Shown: one piece after another, positions 1 to 8,693 of the stretch
Position numbering within the stretch: the first letter of the stretch is position 1
Layout: every line of letters begins with the position of its first letter
NCBI GenBank assembly: GCA_934660865.1
Contig: CAKUIA010000010.1
Coordinates: forward strand, 61,168 to 93,167
DNA: 32,000 nt
Direction of reading: 5' to 3'
Source of the DNA: an uncultured Opitutales bacterium
Lineage (GTDB): Bacteria; Verrucomicrobiota; Verrucomicrobiia; Opitutales; Intestinicryptomonadaceae
Made by a program: the position numbers and the translations under genes
The notes under the pieces: model-generated
The model's input: only the letters and a program-made list of their open reading frames with translations
What the model was told of the DNA's origin: nothing
Database searches by the model: none

Positions 1-543
1 AGCAGGGTTGCAATGATTTTAACTACAAGCGGCAACGCCGAAATTTGGCTTGCAGACTCCAACGGGCGCAACGTTAAAAGGCTTACAAAAACGCAGGCTG
101 TGGAATCTTCGCCGAACTGGTCGCCCGACGGCAAAACTTTGGTGTTTGCCTCCGACGCGCGCGGCGGCCCGCAAATCTACAAAATGTCGGTTAACGGCGG
201 CAAGTTTGTAAGAGTGCCCACAAACATAAGCGGCTATTGCTCGGAGCCTTCGTTTAACCCAGTAGACCCGTCTAAAATAGTGTTTACGGCCGCAGTTGCA
301 AGGGGCTTTCAGGTTGCGGTATACGACGCCAAAGAGCGCAAAAGCAAGTTTGTAACCTCGGGCTCGGAAAGGTGCTCGCAGCCCAAGTGGCTTGCCGACG
401 GCCGCCACATAATATTTACAAAGGAAAAGGGCGGCAAACGCTCGTTGTGGATTGTAGACTCGGAAAGGGGCAAGCAGACTTTGCTTCACTCGAAGTCTAT
501 AGGCAACTGCTGCGAAGCAAGCTACTTTTACCCCGTACGATAA
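1..543 (+). CDS. tolB: TolB-like periplasmic beta-propeller protein, C-terminal fragment (5' end lies left of the window)
   Basis: Frame 1 is open from base 1. The product carries repeated PD40/TolB-type blade motifs ('SPNWSPDGKTLVFASD', 'EPSFNPVDPSKIVFT', 'SQPKWLADGRHIIFT'). Stop TAA at 541-543 directly abuts the next ATG. Confidence 0.7.
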   Translation, partial: SRVAMILTTSGNAEIWLADSNGRNVKRLTKTQAVESSPNWSPDGKTLVFASDARGGPQIYKMSVNGGKFVRVPTNISGYCSEPSFNPVDPSKIVFTAAVARGFQVAVYDAKERKSKFVTSGSERCSQPKWLADGRHIIFTKEKGGKRSLWIVDSERGKQTLLHSKSIGNCCEASYFYPVR

Positions 544-1155
544 ATGAATATTTTTACCTTAGACTTGGAGGGGGTTTTAATTCCCGAAATTTGGATACGC
601 TTTGCAAAGTCGGTTGGCATTGCCGAGCTGGAGTGCACCACCCGCGACGAGCCCGACTACGACAAGCTTATGCGCTATAGGCTGGAAATTCTCGACAAGC
701 ACAACCTTAAAATGCCCGACATAGAAAAGGTGCTGTCGAAAATAGAGCCGCTTGAAGGCGCAAAAGAGTTTTTAGACTGGCTTAAAAGCAGGGGCCGCGT
801 TGTGATTTTGTCGGACACTTTCGAGCAGTTTGCAAACCCCATTATGAAGCATTTGGGGTATCCCACATTGTTTTGCCACTCGCTTGTGGTGGAAAAATGC
901 GGCAGAATATCGGGCTATAAACTGCGCATGGCCGACCAAAAACGCAAGTCGGTGGAGGCTTTCCGCTCGCTTAATTTCAACGTTATTGCCTCGGGCGACT
1001 CGTACAACGACTTGTCCATGCTAAGGGCGGCAAACAGCGCGGTTTTGTATAGGCCGACGGCAAAATTCGCCGCCGAAAATTCGGATTTACCCGTAGCCGA
1101 AAACTACGCACAACTAAAACAAAAATTTGAGGAATTGGAAAAAATTTATGGCTAA
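544..1155 (+). CDS. thrH: HAD-family phosphoserine phosphatase / phosphoserine:homoserine phosphotransferase (ThrH-like)
   Basis: 203 aa. HAD motif I 'LDLEGVL', 'VVILSDTF' and 'SGDSYND'. Near full-length resemblance, from memory, to Pseudomonas ThrH ('LDLEGVL.PEIWI.FA', 'TTRD.PDYD.LM..RL.IL', 'GY.LR..D.KR.SV.AF.SL'). Confidence 0.75.
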   Translation: MNIFTLDLEGVLIPEIWIRFAKSVGIAELECTTRDEPDYDKLMRYRLEILDKHNLKMPDIEKVLSKIEPLEGAKEFLDWLKSRGRVVILSDTFEQFANPIMKHLGYPTLFCHSLVVEKCGRISGYKLRMADQKRKSVEAFRSLNFNVIASGDSYNDLSMLRAANSAVLYRPTAKFAAENSDLPVAENYAQLKQKFEELEKIYG

Positions 1156-2344
1156 CAACAAGGGAAGATACGCACAGCGCGGCGTTTCGGCAGGCAAGGA
1201 AGAAGTACACTCGGCGGTAGACAAGCTGGACAGGGGCATATTCCCATCGGCATTCTGCAAGATTACCGAAGACTACCTTACCGGCTCGCGCAAAAAGTGC
1301 AATGTAATACACTCCGACGGCAGCGGAACAAAATCCATAATCGCCTATTTGTATTATAAGGAAACGGGCGACGCTTCGGTGTTTAAGGGCATTTCGCAAG
1401 ACTCTATTGTAATGAACATAGACGACCTGCTTTGCATTGGCGTATACGACAGGATTTTGTTGTCGAACACCCTAAACAGGAACGCCAAGAACATAGACGG
1501 CAAAGCCCTTGCCGCCCTTATAAACGGTGCGGAGGAATTTTTGGCGACGCTTAGGAAATACGGCGTGAAAATCTACGGCGGCGGCGGCGAAACCGCCGAC
1601 ACGGGCGACATAACGGGCACCGTTGCGGTAGACTCGTGCGCGGTTGCCGTTATGGACAAAAAGTCGGTAATTAGCGGCGATGCGATTAAGCCGGGATTGG
1701 CTATTGTAGGGTTAGCTTCGTTTGGCAGGGCCACTTATGAAACTTTCGAAAACAGCGGCATAGGCTCGAACGGGCTTACAAGCGCGCGCCACGATATGCT
1801 TTGCAAATACTACGCAAAAAAATATCCCGAAACATTCGACAAAAACATCGACAAAAAATTCGTATACTGCGGCCCCTACAAGTTTGCCGACAAGCTGCCC
1901 GATTCGGATATGACGGTAGCCGAGGCGATATTGTCGCCGACAAGAACGTATGCACCCGTAATTGCAAAGCTTGCAAAAAAGCACAAGAACCTGATTAAAG
2001 GGCTTGTTCACTGTTCGGGCGGCGGGCAGACAAAATGCCTGCGCTTCGGCAAGGGGGTGCACTTTGTAAAAGACAATCTTTTCGAGCCTCCCGCGGTTTT
2101 CAAGGCCATTCAAAACGCCAGCAAAACCACGCTAAAGGAAATGTACGAAGTCTACAATATGGGGCACAGAATGGAAGTTTACTGCGCCGAAAAAGACGTA
2201 GACAAAGTTATTGCCGTGGCCAAAAGCTTTAAGATTGCGGCTCAAAAAGTGGGCTACACCGAAAAGACGCAGCGCGCCGACGGCAAAAACCATCTAACAA
2301 TTAAACTCGGTTCCAAACGCATAGAATACGGGCCGAGAGACTAG
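1148..2344 (+). CDS. purM: AIR synthase (PurM) family protein, long ~390-aa form
   Basis: PurM-superfamily signatures 'HSDGSGTKS', 'DDLLCIG', 'GGGETAD', '[10 protein letters not shown]', '[10 protein letters not shown]'. Length and motifs match the long PurM form I recall from Bacteroidetes-type genomes. Start placed at ATG 1148 (MANNKGRY..., 8-nt overlap with thrH). The track start at 1127 is also possible. Confidence 0.65.
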   Translation: MANNKGRYAQRGVSAGKEEVHSAVDKLDRGIFPSAFCKITEDYLTGSRKKCNVIHSDGSGTKSIIAYLYYKETGDASVFKGISQDSIVMNIDDLLCIGVYDRILLSNTLNRNAKNIDGKALAALINGAEEFLATLRKYGVKIYGGGGETADTGDITGTVAVDSCAVAVMDKKSVISGDAIKPGLAIVGLASFGRATYETFENSGIGSNGLTSARHDMLCKYYAKKYPETFDKNIDKKFVYCGPYKFADKLPDSDMTVAEAILSPTRTYAPVIAKLAKKHKNLIKGLVHCSGGGQTKCLRFGKGVHFVKDNLFEPPAVFKAIQNASKTTLKEMYEVYNMGHRMEVYCAEKDVDKVIAVAKSFKIAAQKVGYTEKTQRADGKNHLTIKLGSKRIEYGPRD

Positions 2345-2356
2345 TATTTTCGCAAA

Positions 2357-3460
2357 ATGTTAAAAGCAGGTATAGTAGGTTTGCCGAATGTCGGCAAAAG
2401 CACTTTGTTCAACGCGCTGACACGCTCAAGAAAAGCCGAGGCCGCAAATTATCCCTTCTGCACAATAGAGCCCAATGTCGGCGTTGTGGAAGTTCCCGAC
2501 TCCAGGCTGGAGCCTTTGGCGAAAATCGCAAAAACGTCGGTAATAGTTCCGGCGGCGGTAGAATTTGTAGACATTGCCGGTTTGGTTGCGGGCGCCTCAA
2601 AAGGCGAGGGCTTGGGCAATAAGTTTTTGGCCAACATACGCGAGGTAGACGCAATCGTTCAGGTTGTCCGCTGCTTCGACGACGACGATATACTTCATTC
2701 GGTAGGTTCCGTAGACCCCGTAAGGGATATTGAAATTATTTCGACCGAGCTTGCCCTGGCCGATTTGCAAAGCTGCGAAAAACAGCTTGAAAACAATATC
2801 CGCAAGGCAAAGGGTATGGACAAGGAAGCCATAAAGAACGTAGACCTGCTAAAGCGTTTGGTAGACCACCTAAATTCGCTTAAGCCCGCAAGCACTTTGG
2901 ATTGCAACGACGACGACAAAGAGCGCATGAAAGGCTACTTTTTGCTTACGGCTAAGCCCGTTATATATGCCTGCAACGTTTCCGACGCCGACATTGCCGA
3001 CCCCTCGCAAAACGCGTATGTGGAAAAGGTAAGGCAATTTGCCAAAACCGAGCACAATGCCTCTACATGCGTAATTTGCGCAAAGCTTGAAGAGGAGCTT
3101 TCGGAATTGTCGAAAGAAGAGGCAAAAAGCTACATTCAGGAAATGGGCGCAAAAGACAGCGGCGTTTCGGAGCTTATTAGGGCAACCTATTCGCTGTTGG
3201 GTTTGGCAAGCTATTTTACCGCGGGCGAAAAAGAGGCCAAGGCCTGGACATTTGTAAAGGGAATGACAGCCCCGCAGTGCGCTGGCGTAATACACACCGA
3301 TTTCGAAAAGGGCTTTATAAAGGCCGAAGTTATTTCGGCAAAAGACCTTATAGAATGCGGCTCGTTTGCCGCCGCCAGAGAGGCGGGCAAATACAGGCTT
3401 GAAGGCAAAGACTATGTTTTTCAAGACGGAGATGTTGCCGTCTTTAGATTCAACAACTAG
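2357..3460 (+). CDS. ychF: Redox-regulated ribosome-binding ATPase YchF (Obg-like GTPase family)
   Basis: 367 aa. G1 motif '[18 protein letters not shown]', '[12 protein letters not shown]', '[18 protein letters not shown]', and the C-terminal TGS-like 'AW....G.TAPQ.AG.IH.DFE.GFI.AEV'. Confidence 0.95.
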   Translation: MLKAGIVGLPNVGKSTLFNALTRSRKAEAANYPFCTIEPNVGVVEVPDSRLEPLAKIAKTSVIVPAAVEFVDIAGLVAGASKGEGLGNKFLANIREVDAIVQVVRCFDDDDILHSVGSVDPVRDIEIISTELALADLQSCEKQLENNIRKAKGMDKEAIKNVDLLKRLVDHLNSLKPASTLDCNDDDKERMKGYFLLTAKPVIYACNVSDADIADPSQNAYVEKVRQFAKTEHNASTCVICAKLEEELSELSKEEAKSYIQEMGAKDSGVSELIRATYSLLGLASYFTAGEKEAKAWTFVKGMTAPQCAGVIHTDFEKGFIKAEVISAKDLIECGSFAAAREAGKYRLEGKDYVFQDGDVAVFRFNN

Positions 3461-3471
3461 CCGCTTTTGCT

Positions 3472-4221
3472 ATGAAAATTAGGCCGGCCGCCATATTGAC
3501 GTCGCCGAAATTGGCGGTTGCCCTAATGCTGTATTCGGCATTTTTTGTTTTTGTGCTTACTGTAGACCAAACGCGCTTGGGCGTAGACGGCGCGGTCGAA
3601 AAGTATGTGCAGTCTTTTTTTTGCGCAGTAGATTTGCCGTTTTTTCCGTATAAAATTCCCCTGTTGGGCGGTTTTTTTGTGGGGGCGGTGTATGTTGCGG
3701 TTTTGTCGGCAAGCCTAATAACCTACAAAAAGGGCAAAATGCAAGCCTTCGGTTTTGCGATGGTGCACGCCTCGTTGGTGCTTTTGGTAATATCGGGTTT
3801 TTTGCAGTGTTTTTGGCGCAAACAGGCATATCTAACCCTTTCCGAAAACCGGACGGCAAACCAACTAACCCTGTATTCTCAAAACGGCAAAGCCGCAGGC
3901 AATATTCCACTTTTGTATTCTATAACGCTAAAAAAATTCGAAACTAAAAACTGGCAAAATAGCGATATTGCAAAGGAATATTCCAGCACGTTGGCATTCG
4001 AAAAAGACGGCGTAATAGACATAAAAACGGTTAAGATGAACGAGCCCGTGCAGTATGGCGCCTGGACATATTTTCAAAGCGGGCACCTAAACGACGGCAA
4101 AACAACGGTGCTTTTGGCGGTTAAAAACCCCGTAAAGATATTGCCGTATTTGGCGCTTATACTTGTGGTTTTAGGGGCGCTTATAATGTATTCGCAAAAA
4201 CTTTTCGCCGCCCGAAAATGA
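3472..4221 (+). CDS. ccsB: ResB/CcsB-like cytochrome c biogenesis membrane protein (short form)
   Basis: 249 aa with an N-terminal TM ('LAVALMLYSAFFVFVLTV'), internal TMs and a C-terminal TM ('LPYLALILVVLGALIMY'). ResB-like pattern 'F.L.L.KFE...' then 'VKMNEPVQYG.WTYFQSG'. ATGA overlap with the downstream ccsA. Confidence 0.55.
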   Translation: MKIRPAAILTSPKLAVALMLYSAFFVFVLTVDQTRLGVDGAVEKYVQSFFCAVDLPFFPYKIPLLGGFFVGAVYVAVLSASLITYKKGKMQAFGFAMVHASLVLLVISGFLQCFWRKQAYLTLSENRTANQLTLYSQNGKAAGNIPLLYSITLKKFETKNWQNSDIAKEYSSTLAFEKDGVIDIKTVKMNEPVQYGAWTYFQSGHLNDGKTTVLLAVKNPVKILPYLALILVVLGALIMYSQKLFAARK

Positions 4222-5978
4222 AAAAGTTTGATTCTATTTTTGTTTTGTTTTTGTGCTTTGTGTGGCTCTTTTACCCGTACATTGCAGACTATGTTTTCGG
4301 TTCGAATGCAGCCTATTCGGGCATGGGGGCGCTTTGCGTGCAAAAGGAGGGCCGAAATATGCCGCTTTCTTCGGCGGCAAACGACGCTTTGCGAATGATT
4401 GGCGGCAAAAGCGCCGTTGTTGTAGACGGCAAAAAAGTTTCGGCAACGCAGTTTGTTTTAATGCTAAATGCGGCCCAGCCGCAGGCATACCAAGCCGACG
4501 TTTTCAGGGTAGACGACCCCGCTTTGCGCAAAGCCCTAAATTTAAAAGGCCGCTATTGCTCGTACAACTTTTTGGCTGAAAATGCGCAAAAACTTTCGGG
4601 CAACGCCGCCTTTTTAAATCTTGCCCGAAATATTTTGGCGTTCGAAGCTTTGGGCGAGACTTTTGTATATTCGCCCGACAATGCCGATTTTTCGCCGTCT
4701 AAGTTTTACGACTACTGGCAAAGGGAGGTTGCAATAGCGCAGGGCGAAATTTCGCGCTCGAGAGTCGAAAACAGGAAAGTGGACGATTCTAAAATATACA
4801 ACGCGGGCAAAATTTTGGCAATGCTTAGGCAAAAACAGGCTACGTTCGACTCGCATAAAGATTTTTCGTTTAAGCCGCTGTATGCCGAAAACCGCCCCAT
4901 GGGCGCGTTCGATTTTTTGTTGGAACGCAATCCCGACGGGCTTTCCAAAAAAACAAATTCGGCATATTGCAGGTATTTTGAGGCTTTAAACAAAGGCGAT
5001 ATTTCGGCGGCAGCCAAACTAAAACGGCAGTTTTTGTCCGACATTGCCTTTAAAATCGGGTTCGAAAATTTCGCCAACAACCTCGACATATTTTACAAGG
5101 CCTTTGTGCTGTTTTGCGCGGCCGCAATATGCGGTTTGCTGTCTTCGTTGGCGGGCAAAAAGGGCTTTTTGCATACGGCCTTTATTACGGCGTTTGCCGC
5201 TGCAAGCGTGTTTTGCTGCTTTGCGCTGGCAATGCGCTGCTACATACAGCTAAGGCCGCCCGTTACAAATCTGTATTCTTCGGCGGTGTTTACGGGCGCA
5301 GTTTGCGCGTTGGTGTCGCTTGTTTTGTGGTGCGCAAAAAGAAATTCGATATACGCTTTTGCGGGCTGCATTATAGGCGCCGTTTCTTCGCTGGTGGCGC
5401 TAAACTTGCCGTATAGCGGCGACACAATGGGGCATATGCGCGCCGTGCTAAACTCGAATTTTTACCTTACAGTGCATGTTGTTACCATTATGCTTGGCTA
5501 CTGCGCGGCATTGCTGGGGGCCGCGGTTGCGTCGCTAAAGCTTGTAGGCAATGCCGTTTTCATAAAAAAATCCTCAAGGGGGCAAACGGCAAAATGCGCA
5601 GCAACGGTTGCCGCAATTATGCGCTGGGCTTTGCTTTTTGTGTTTGCCGGCACAATGCTAGGCGGCATTTGGGCCGACTTTAGCTGGGGTCGTTTTTGGG
5701 GGTGGGACCCAAAGGAAAACGGCGCCTTGATTTTGCTTTTATACCTGGCCGTTTGCGTTCATTGCAGGTCGTTTGCGCTGCTTTGCGACAGGGCTTTTTT
5801 GGGAATGGCAAGCCTTGCTTTTATTGCGGTTTTGTGGGCGTGGTTCGGCGTTAATATGCTGGGTATCGGCCTGCACAGCTACGGCTTTTTTAGCGGTAAT
5901 TGGCCTGCGCTAATAGGTTGTGTGGTTTTGCAAATATTTGTTGCCGCGCTTTGCAAAATCAACGAAAGAAACGAATAG
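4218..5978 (+). CDS. ccsA: Cytochrome c-type biogenesis protein CcsA (heme-handling protein) with ~300-aa N-terminal extension
   Basis: Trp-rich WWD heme-handling motif 'WADFSWGRFWGWDPKENGALILLLY' in a polytopic C-terminal half. N-terminal TM plus soluble region containing 'QKEGRNMPL..AANDALR.IGGK'. Confidence 0.8.
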   Translation: MKKFDSIFVLFLCFVWLFYPYIADYVFGSNAAYSGMGALCVQKEGRNMPLSSAANDALRMIGGKSAVVVDGKKVSATQFVLMLNAAQPQAYQADVFRVDDPALRKALNLKGRYCSYNFLAENAQKLSGNAAFLNLARNILAFEALGETFVYSPDNADFSPSKFYDYWQREVAIAQGEISRSRVENRKVDDSKIYNAGKILAMLRQKQATFDSHKDFSFKPLYAENRPMGAFDFLLERNPDGLSKKTNSAYCRYFEALNKGDISAAAKLKRQFLSDIAFKIGFENFANNLDIFYKAFVLFCAAAICGLLSSLAGKKGFLHTAFITAFAAASVFCCFALAMRCYIQLRPPVTNLYSSAVFTGAVCALVSLVLWCAKRNSIYAFAGCIIGAVSSLVALNLPYSGDTMGHMRAVLNSNFYLTVHVVTIMLGYCAALLGAAVASLKLVGNAVFIKKSSRGQTAKCAATVAAIMRWALLFVFAGTMLGGIWADFSWGRFWGWDPKENGALILLLYLAVCVHCRSFALLCDRAFLGMASLAFIAVLWAWFGVNMLGIGLHSYGFFSGNWPALIGCVVLQIFVAALCKINERNE

Positions 5979-6010
5979 CCCGTTTTATAGCCCAAGTTTG
6001 CCGAAAATTT

Positions 6011-7066
6011 TTACCTGTCGCAAAGTTCAAGCGACGGCCTTACAGGCATAGCGCCTTCGGGGCAAATTGTGTTTGCTTCGTCGAGCCAGGCCGCAAAGGC
6101 TATCATCGAGGCGTTGTCGCCCCTGTGCTCTTTTTTTGCCGAAAAGAATTTGCAGCCCAGCCGCTTGGCCATTTTTTCGAACTCGTTTCTTAAAAGCGAG
6201 TTGTTCGAAACCCCGCCGCTTATGCCTATGCTTTTATAGGGCTTTTGCTTTGCAAATATAAGCGTTTTGCGCTTTAGCTGCTCTACAACCGCGCGCTGGT
6301 ACGAAGCGCAAATGTCGGCGTAGTTTTCTTTTATTTGCCCGTCGCTTAGCTTTTCCAAAAAATACCTTAAACTTGTTTTCAGCCCCGAAAAGCTGAACGA
6401 AATATCGCCCTTGTGCCCCATTGCGGTGGGAAATATATATTTTTTCGGGTTTCCGTTAAGGGCGTTTTTTTCCAGCAAAGGCCCGCCGGGATAGGGCATT
6501 CCCAAAAGCTTTGCCCCCTTGTCCAGGGCTTCGCCCGCGGCGTCGTCTAAAGTTTCGGCAAGTATTTTTATTTGGCGGTCGGTTCCTATTTCCACAAGAA
6601 TTGTGTTGCCGCCCGAAACTATAAGCGAAAGGTTGGGCAGCAAATCGGTAAAGTTTTTTTCGAAATTTACGGGGTTGCTTTCGTGAAGCGCAATAAAGGG
6701 CGAATGGCAGTGCCCCCTTAGATGGTTTACGCCGTAAAGGGGTTTGTTGTAGTACAACGCCAGCGCGCTTGCCGCGCACACGCCCATTGCCAAGCAGTTC
6801 GGCAGCCCCGGCCCGTAGGTAACGGCAATTTTGTCTACGCGGTTTATGTCGAATTCGCGGCATACCTTTTGGCACAAAAAGGGCAGCTTTTTAAGGTGCT
6901 CGGTGCTGGCCAAGTCGGGAACAACGCCGCCGTACAGCGCGTGCAAATCTATTTGCGAGTGTATTATTTCGCTTATAAAGCCCATTCGGGAATCGAATAC
7001 GGCCAACGCCGATTCGTCGCACGAAGATTCCACCGCCAAAATTATTTCGTTTTTTAGAAAGCTCAT
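6011..7066 (-). CDS. tsaD: tRNA N6-adenosine threonylcarbamoyltransferase TsaD (Kae1/Gcp family)
   Basis: 351 aa. 'ILAVESSCDESALAV', 'VTYGPGLPNCLAMGV', 'GVNHLRGH' and 'SGGVSNNSLLR' are typical TsaD motifs. Confidence 0.95.
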   Translation of the reverse strand: MSFLKNEIILAVESSCDESALAVFDSRMGFISEIIHSQIDLHALYGGVVPDLASTEHLKKLPFLCQKVCREFDINRVDKIAVTYGPGLPNCLAMGVCAASALALYYNKPLYGVNHLRGHCHSPFIALHESNPVNFEKNFTDLLPNLSLIVSGGNTILVEIGTDRQIKILAETLDDAAGEALDKGAKLLGMPYPGGPLLEKNALNGNPKKYIFPTAMGHKGDISFSFSGLKTSLRYFLEKLSDGQIKENYADICASYQRAVVEQLKRKTLIFAKQKPYKSIGISGGVSNNSLLRNEFEKMAKRLGCKFFSAKKEHRGDNASMIAFAAWLDEANTICPEGAMPVRPSLELCDR

Positions 7067-7839
7067 TGTATGGTAAGTTTTTTAGATGCCACGTTCGACG
7101 ATTGGTATTCGGGCAAAGACGAGTCGTACAGCTTGTCCATAAGCCCGCCGCGCCTGAACGAAAAGCTGTCGTTTTTGCCCACAATAATGTGCTCTATTAA
7201 ATCCACATTTATTGTGCGGCATGTTTGCGCAAGTGTTTCGGTAAGGTATATGTCGTTTTCCGACGGCGTGCAGTTGCCGCTGGGGTGGTTGTGCGCCAAA
7301 ACTATGCTCGACGCCGAAAGCCTTATTGCGTGCTCTACAATCTTTCGCGCGTCTACCGAAGCCGCCGAGGCCGAGCCCGTAGAAATTCTTATCGCGCCGC
7401 CGCCGAGCATTTCCAGCTGTGAATTTAGGCATACTATTTCGAAAACCTCGTAGGGATACTGGCAAATTCTGCTTTTAAAATATTTTATAAGCGAATCTAT
7501 TGTTGCGGGTTGTCCGTTTTCGCCCGTAAGGTTTTGCCTGTTTGCGGCTTCTATGCAAAGCCGAAGAATTTTTACCGAGCTTAGCGCTGCAAGCCCAAAA
7601 CCCTTTACTTCGAGCAGGTCGTTGTCGCTTGCAAAGATTACGCCGCCAACCGAGCCGAAGCGGTTTATCAGCGCCTTTGCAAGCGGCTTTACGTCTATTC
7701 TCGGTATGCACAGCATAAGAAAAAGCTCCATACATTCGTAGTCGGCAATGTCGTTTAACTTGCCGCTTAAAATGCGTTCGCGCAGGCGTTGCCTGTGTCC
7801 GCTTGCGGAGTTTTCCATGTCGAACGGTTGGCTTTTCAT
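7063..7839 (-). CDS. radC: RadC-family JAMM-domain protein
   Basis: N-terminal 'GHRQRLRERIL' with a helix-hairpin-helix-like 'LLEVKGFGLA'. C-terminal JAMM motif 'VLAHNHPSGNCTPSENDIYLT'. ATGA overlaps with both neighbours. Confidence 0.9.
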   Translation of the reverse strand: MKSQPFDMENSASGHRQRLRERILSGKLNDIADYECMELFLMLCIPRIDVKPLAKALINRFGSVGGVIFASDNDLLEVKGFGLAALSSVKILRLCIEAANRQNLTGENGQPATIDSLIKYFKSRICQYPYEVFEIVCLNSQLEMLGGGAIRISTGSASAASVDARKIVEHAIRLSASSIVLAHNHPSGNCTPSENDIYLTETLAQTCRTINVDLIEHIIVGKNDSFSFRRGGLMDKLYDSSLPEYQSSNVASKKLTIQ

Positions 7840-8621
7840 TTCTTATGGGGAAAGTGGTTTATAAAATTTTCGCCTGCAACTAAAACGGGGTTTTGCATTC
7901 CCTTTAAAAGATATTTTCGGGCGTTTTCAACCGAAGTTTCAAGGGAAAAGCCCTTTGCAAAATTTGCGCAAATTGCCGCGCTTAGCGTGCAGCCGCTGCC
8001 GTGCGTATTTATGCGGGGTATGCGCCTTGTTTGCCACGAAAATGTTTTGCCGTTTTTAGTGCACAGAACGTCGGTTAAAATGTCGTCCTTTAAATGCCCG
8101 CCCTTTAGCAGTACGGCAGTATCTACTATTTTAGAAAGCTCTTTTGCCGCCGCAAATATGTCTACAACGGGCTTGCCAAGCAAAAACTGCGCTTCGTCCA
8201 AATTGGGGGTTATAACTTCGGCAAGGGGCAAAAGGCGGTTTTTTAACGCGTCTACGGCGTTGTCGCTTAAAAGTTTTGCGCCGCTGGTGGAAATCATTAC
8301 GGTGTCGGCAACAAACCTTATTTTAGGGTGAGCTTCGGCAAAGTCGGCAAGGGCGTTTATGCAGTCGGCGTCGAACAACATTCCGCACTTCATGGCTTTT
8401 GGCGCAAAAAATTTTGCAACGGCGTTTAGTTGTTCCGACAAGAATTGTGCCGACACCTTAAAGACGCCGCAAACTTTGCCGGGATTTTGCGCGGTTAGCG
8501 CCGCAATCGCCGAAGTGGCAAAAACGCCGTTTGCCGCAAAAGTAAGCATGTCGGCCTGAATGCCCGCGCCGCCGCCCGAATCGCTGCCTGCAACGGTTAA
8601 AGCTGTGCATAATCCCGTCAT
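7836..8621 (-). CDS. thiD: Hydroxymethylpyrimidine/phosphomethylpyrimidine kinase ThiD
   Basis: ThiD motifs 'TVAGSDSGGGAGIQADM', 'VITPNLDEA', 'LLKGGHL' and 'THGSGCTLSAAI'. Homology begins at MTGLCTAL (ATG at 8621). The 192 upstream codons of track ORF 7836..9197 are antisense to rarA and were discarded. Confidence 0.85.
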   Translation of the reverse strand: MTGLCTALTVAGSDSGGGAGIQADMLTFAANGVFATSAIAALTAQNPGKVCGVFKVSAQFLSEQLNAVAKFFAPKAMKCGMLFDADCINALADFAEAHPKIRFVADTVMISTSGAKLLSDNAVDALKNRLLPLAEVITPNLDEAQFLLGKPVVDIFAAAKELSKIVDTAVLLKGGHLKDDILTDVLCTKNGKTFSWQTRRIPRINTHGSGCTLSAAICANFAKGFSLETSVENARKYLLKGMQNPVLVAGENFINHFPHKK

Positions 8622-8632
8622 ATTGCCAAAAG

Positions 8633-8660
8633 ATAATGCACTATTTGACAAAACTTTCAA
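8633..8660 (-). promoter_or_regulatory. Candidate sigma70-like promoter for thiD-radC-tsaD (TTGAAA-N16-CATTAT)
   Basis: On the minus strand, TTGAAA (8660-8655), a 16-nt spacer, then CATTAT (8638-8633), 11 nt before the thiD ATG. Motif match only. Confidence 0.3.
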
Positions 8661-8675
8661 GATTTGCTTTAGTAT
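8645..8675 (+). promoter_or_regulatory. Candidate sigma70-like promoter for rarA (TTGACA-N19-TAGTAT)
   Basis: Perfect -35 TTGACA at 8645-8650. The best -10-like hexamer, TAGTAT at 8670-8675, has a long 19-nt spacer and lies 18 nt before the ATG at 8694. Motif match only. Confidence 0.3.
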
Positions 8676-8693
8676 CCGAAAATTTTTAGTTTT

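Noticed and set aside
2870-3424. 184-aa minus-strand ORF (the same applies to 7789-8331, 11962-12534, 12159-12596, 983-1399 and 10510-11034)
   Set aside because: All are antisense or shadow ORFs inside confidently identified genes, with Arg/Cys/Phe-rich composition. The antisense frames stay open because TTA/CTA/TCA sense codons are rare here.
8622-8693. Riboswitches upstream of thiD (TPP), ribE (FMN, 16237) and metY (SAM, 17519)
   Set aside because: The thiD leader is at most 72 nt and lacks the conserved TPP core. ribE and metY starts abut or overlap the preceding genes, leaving no room for an aptamer.
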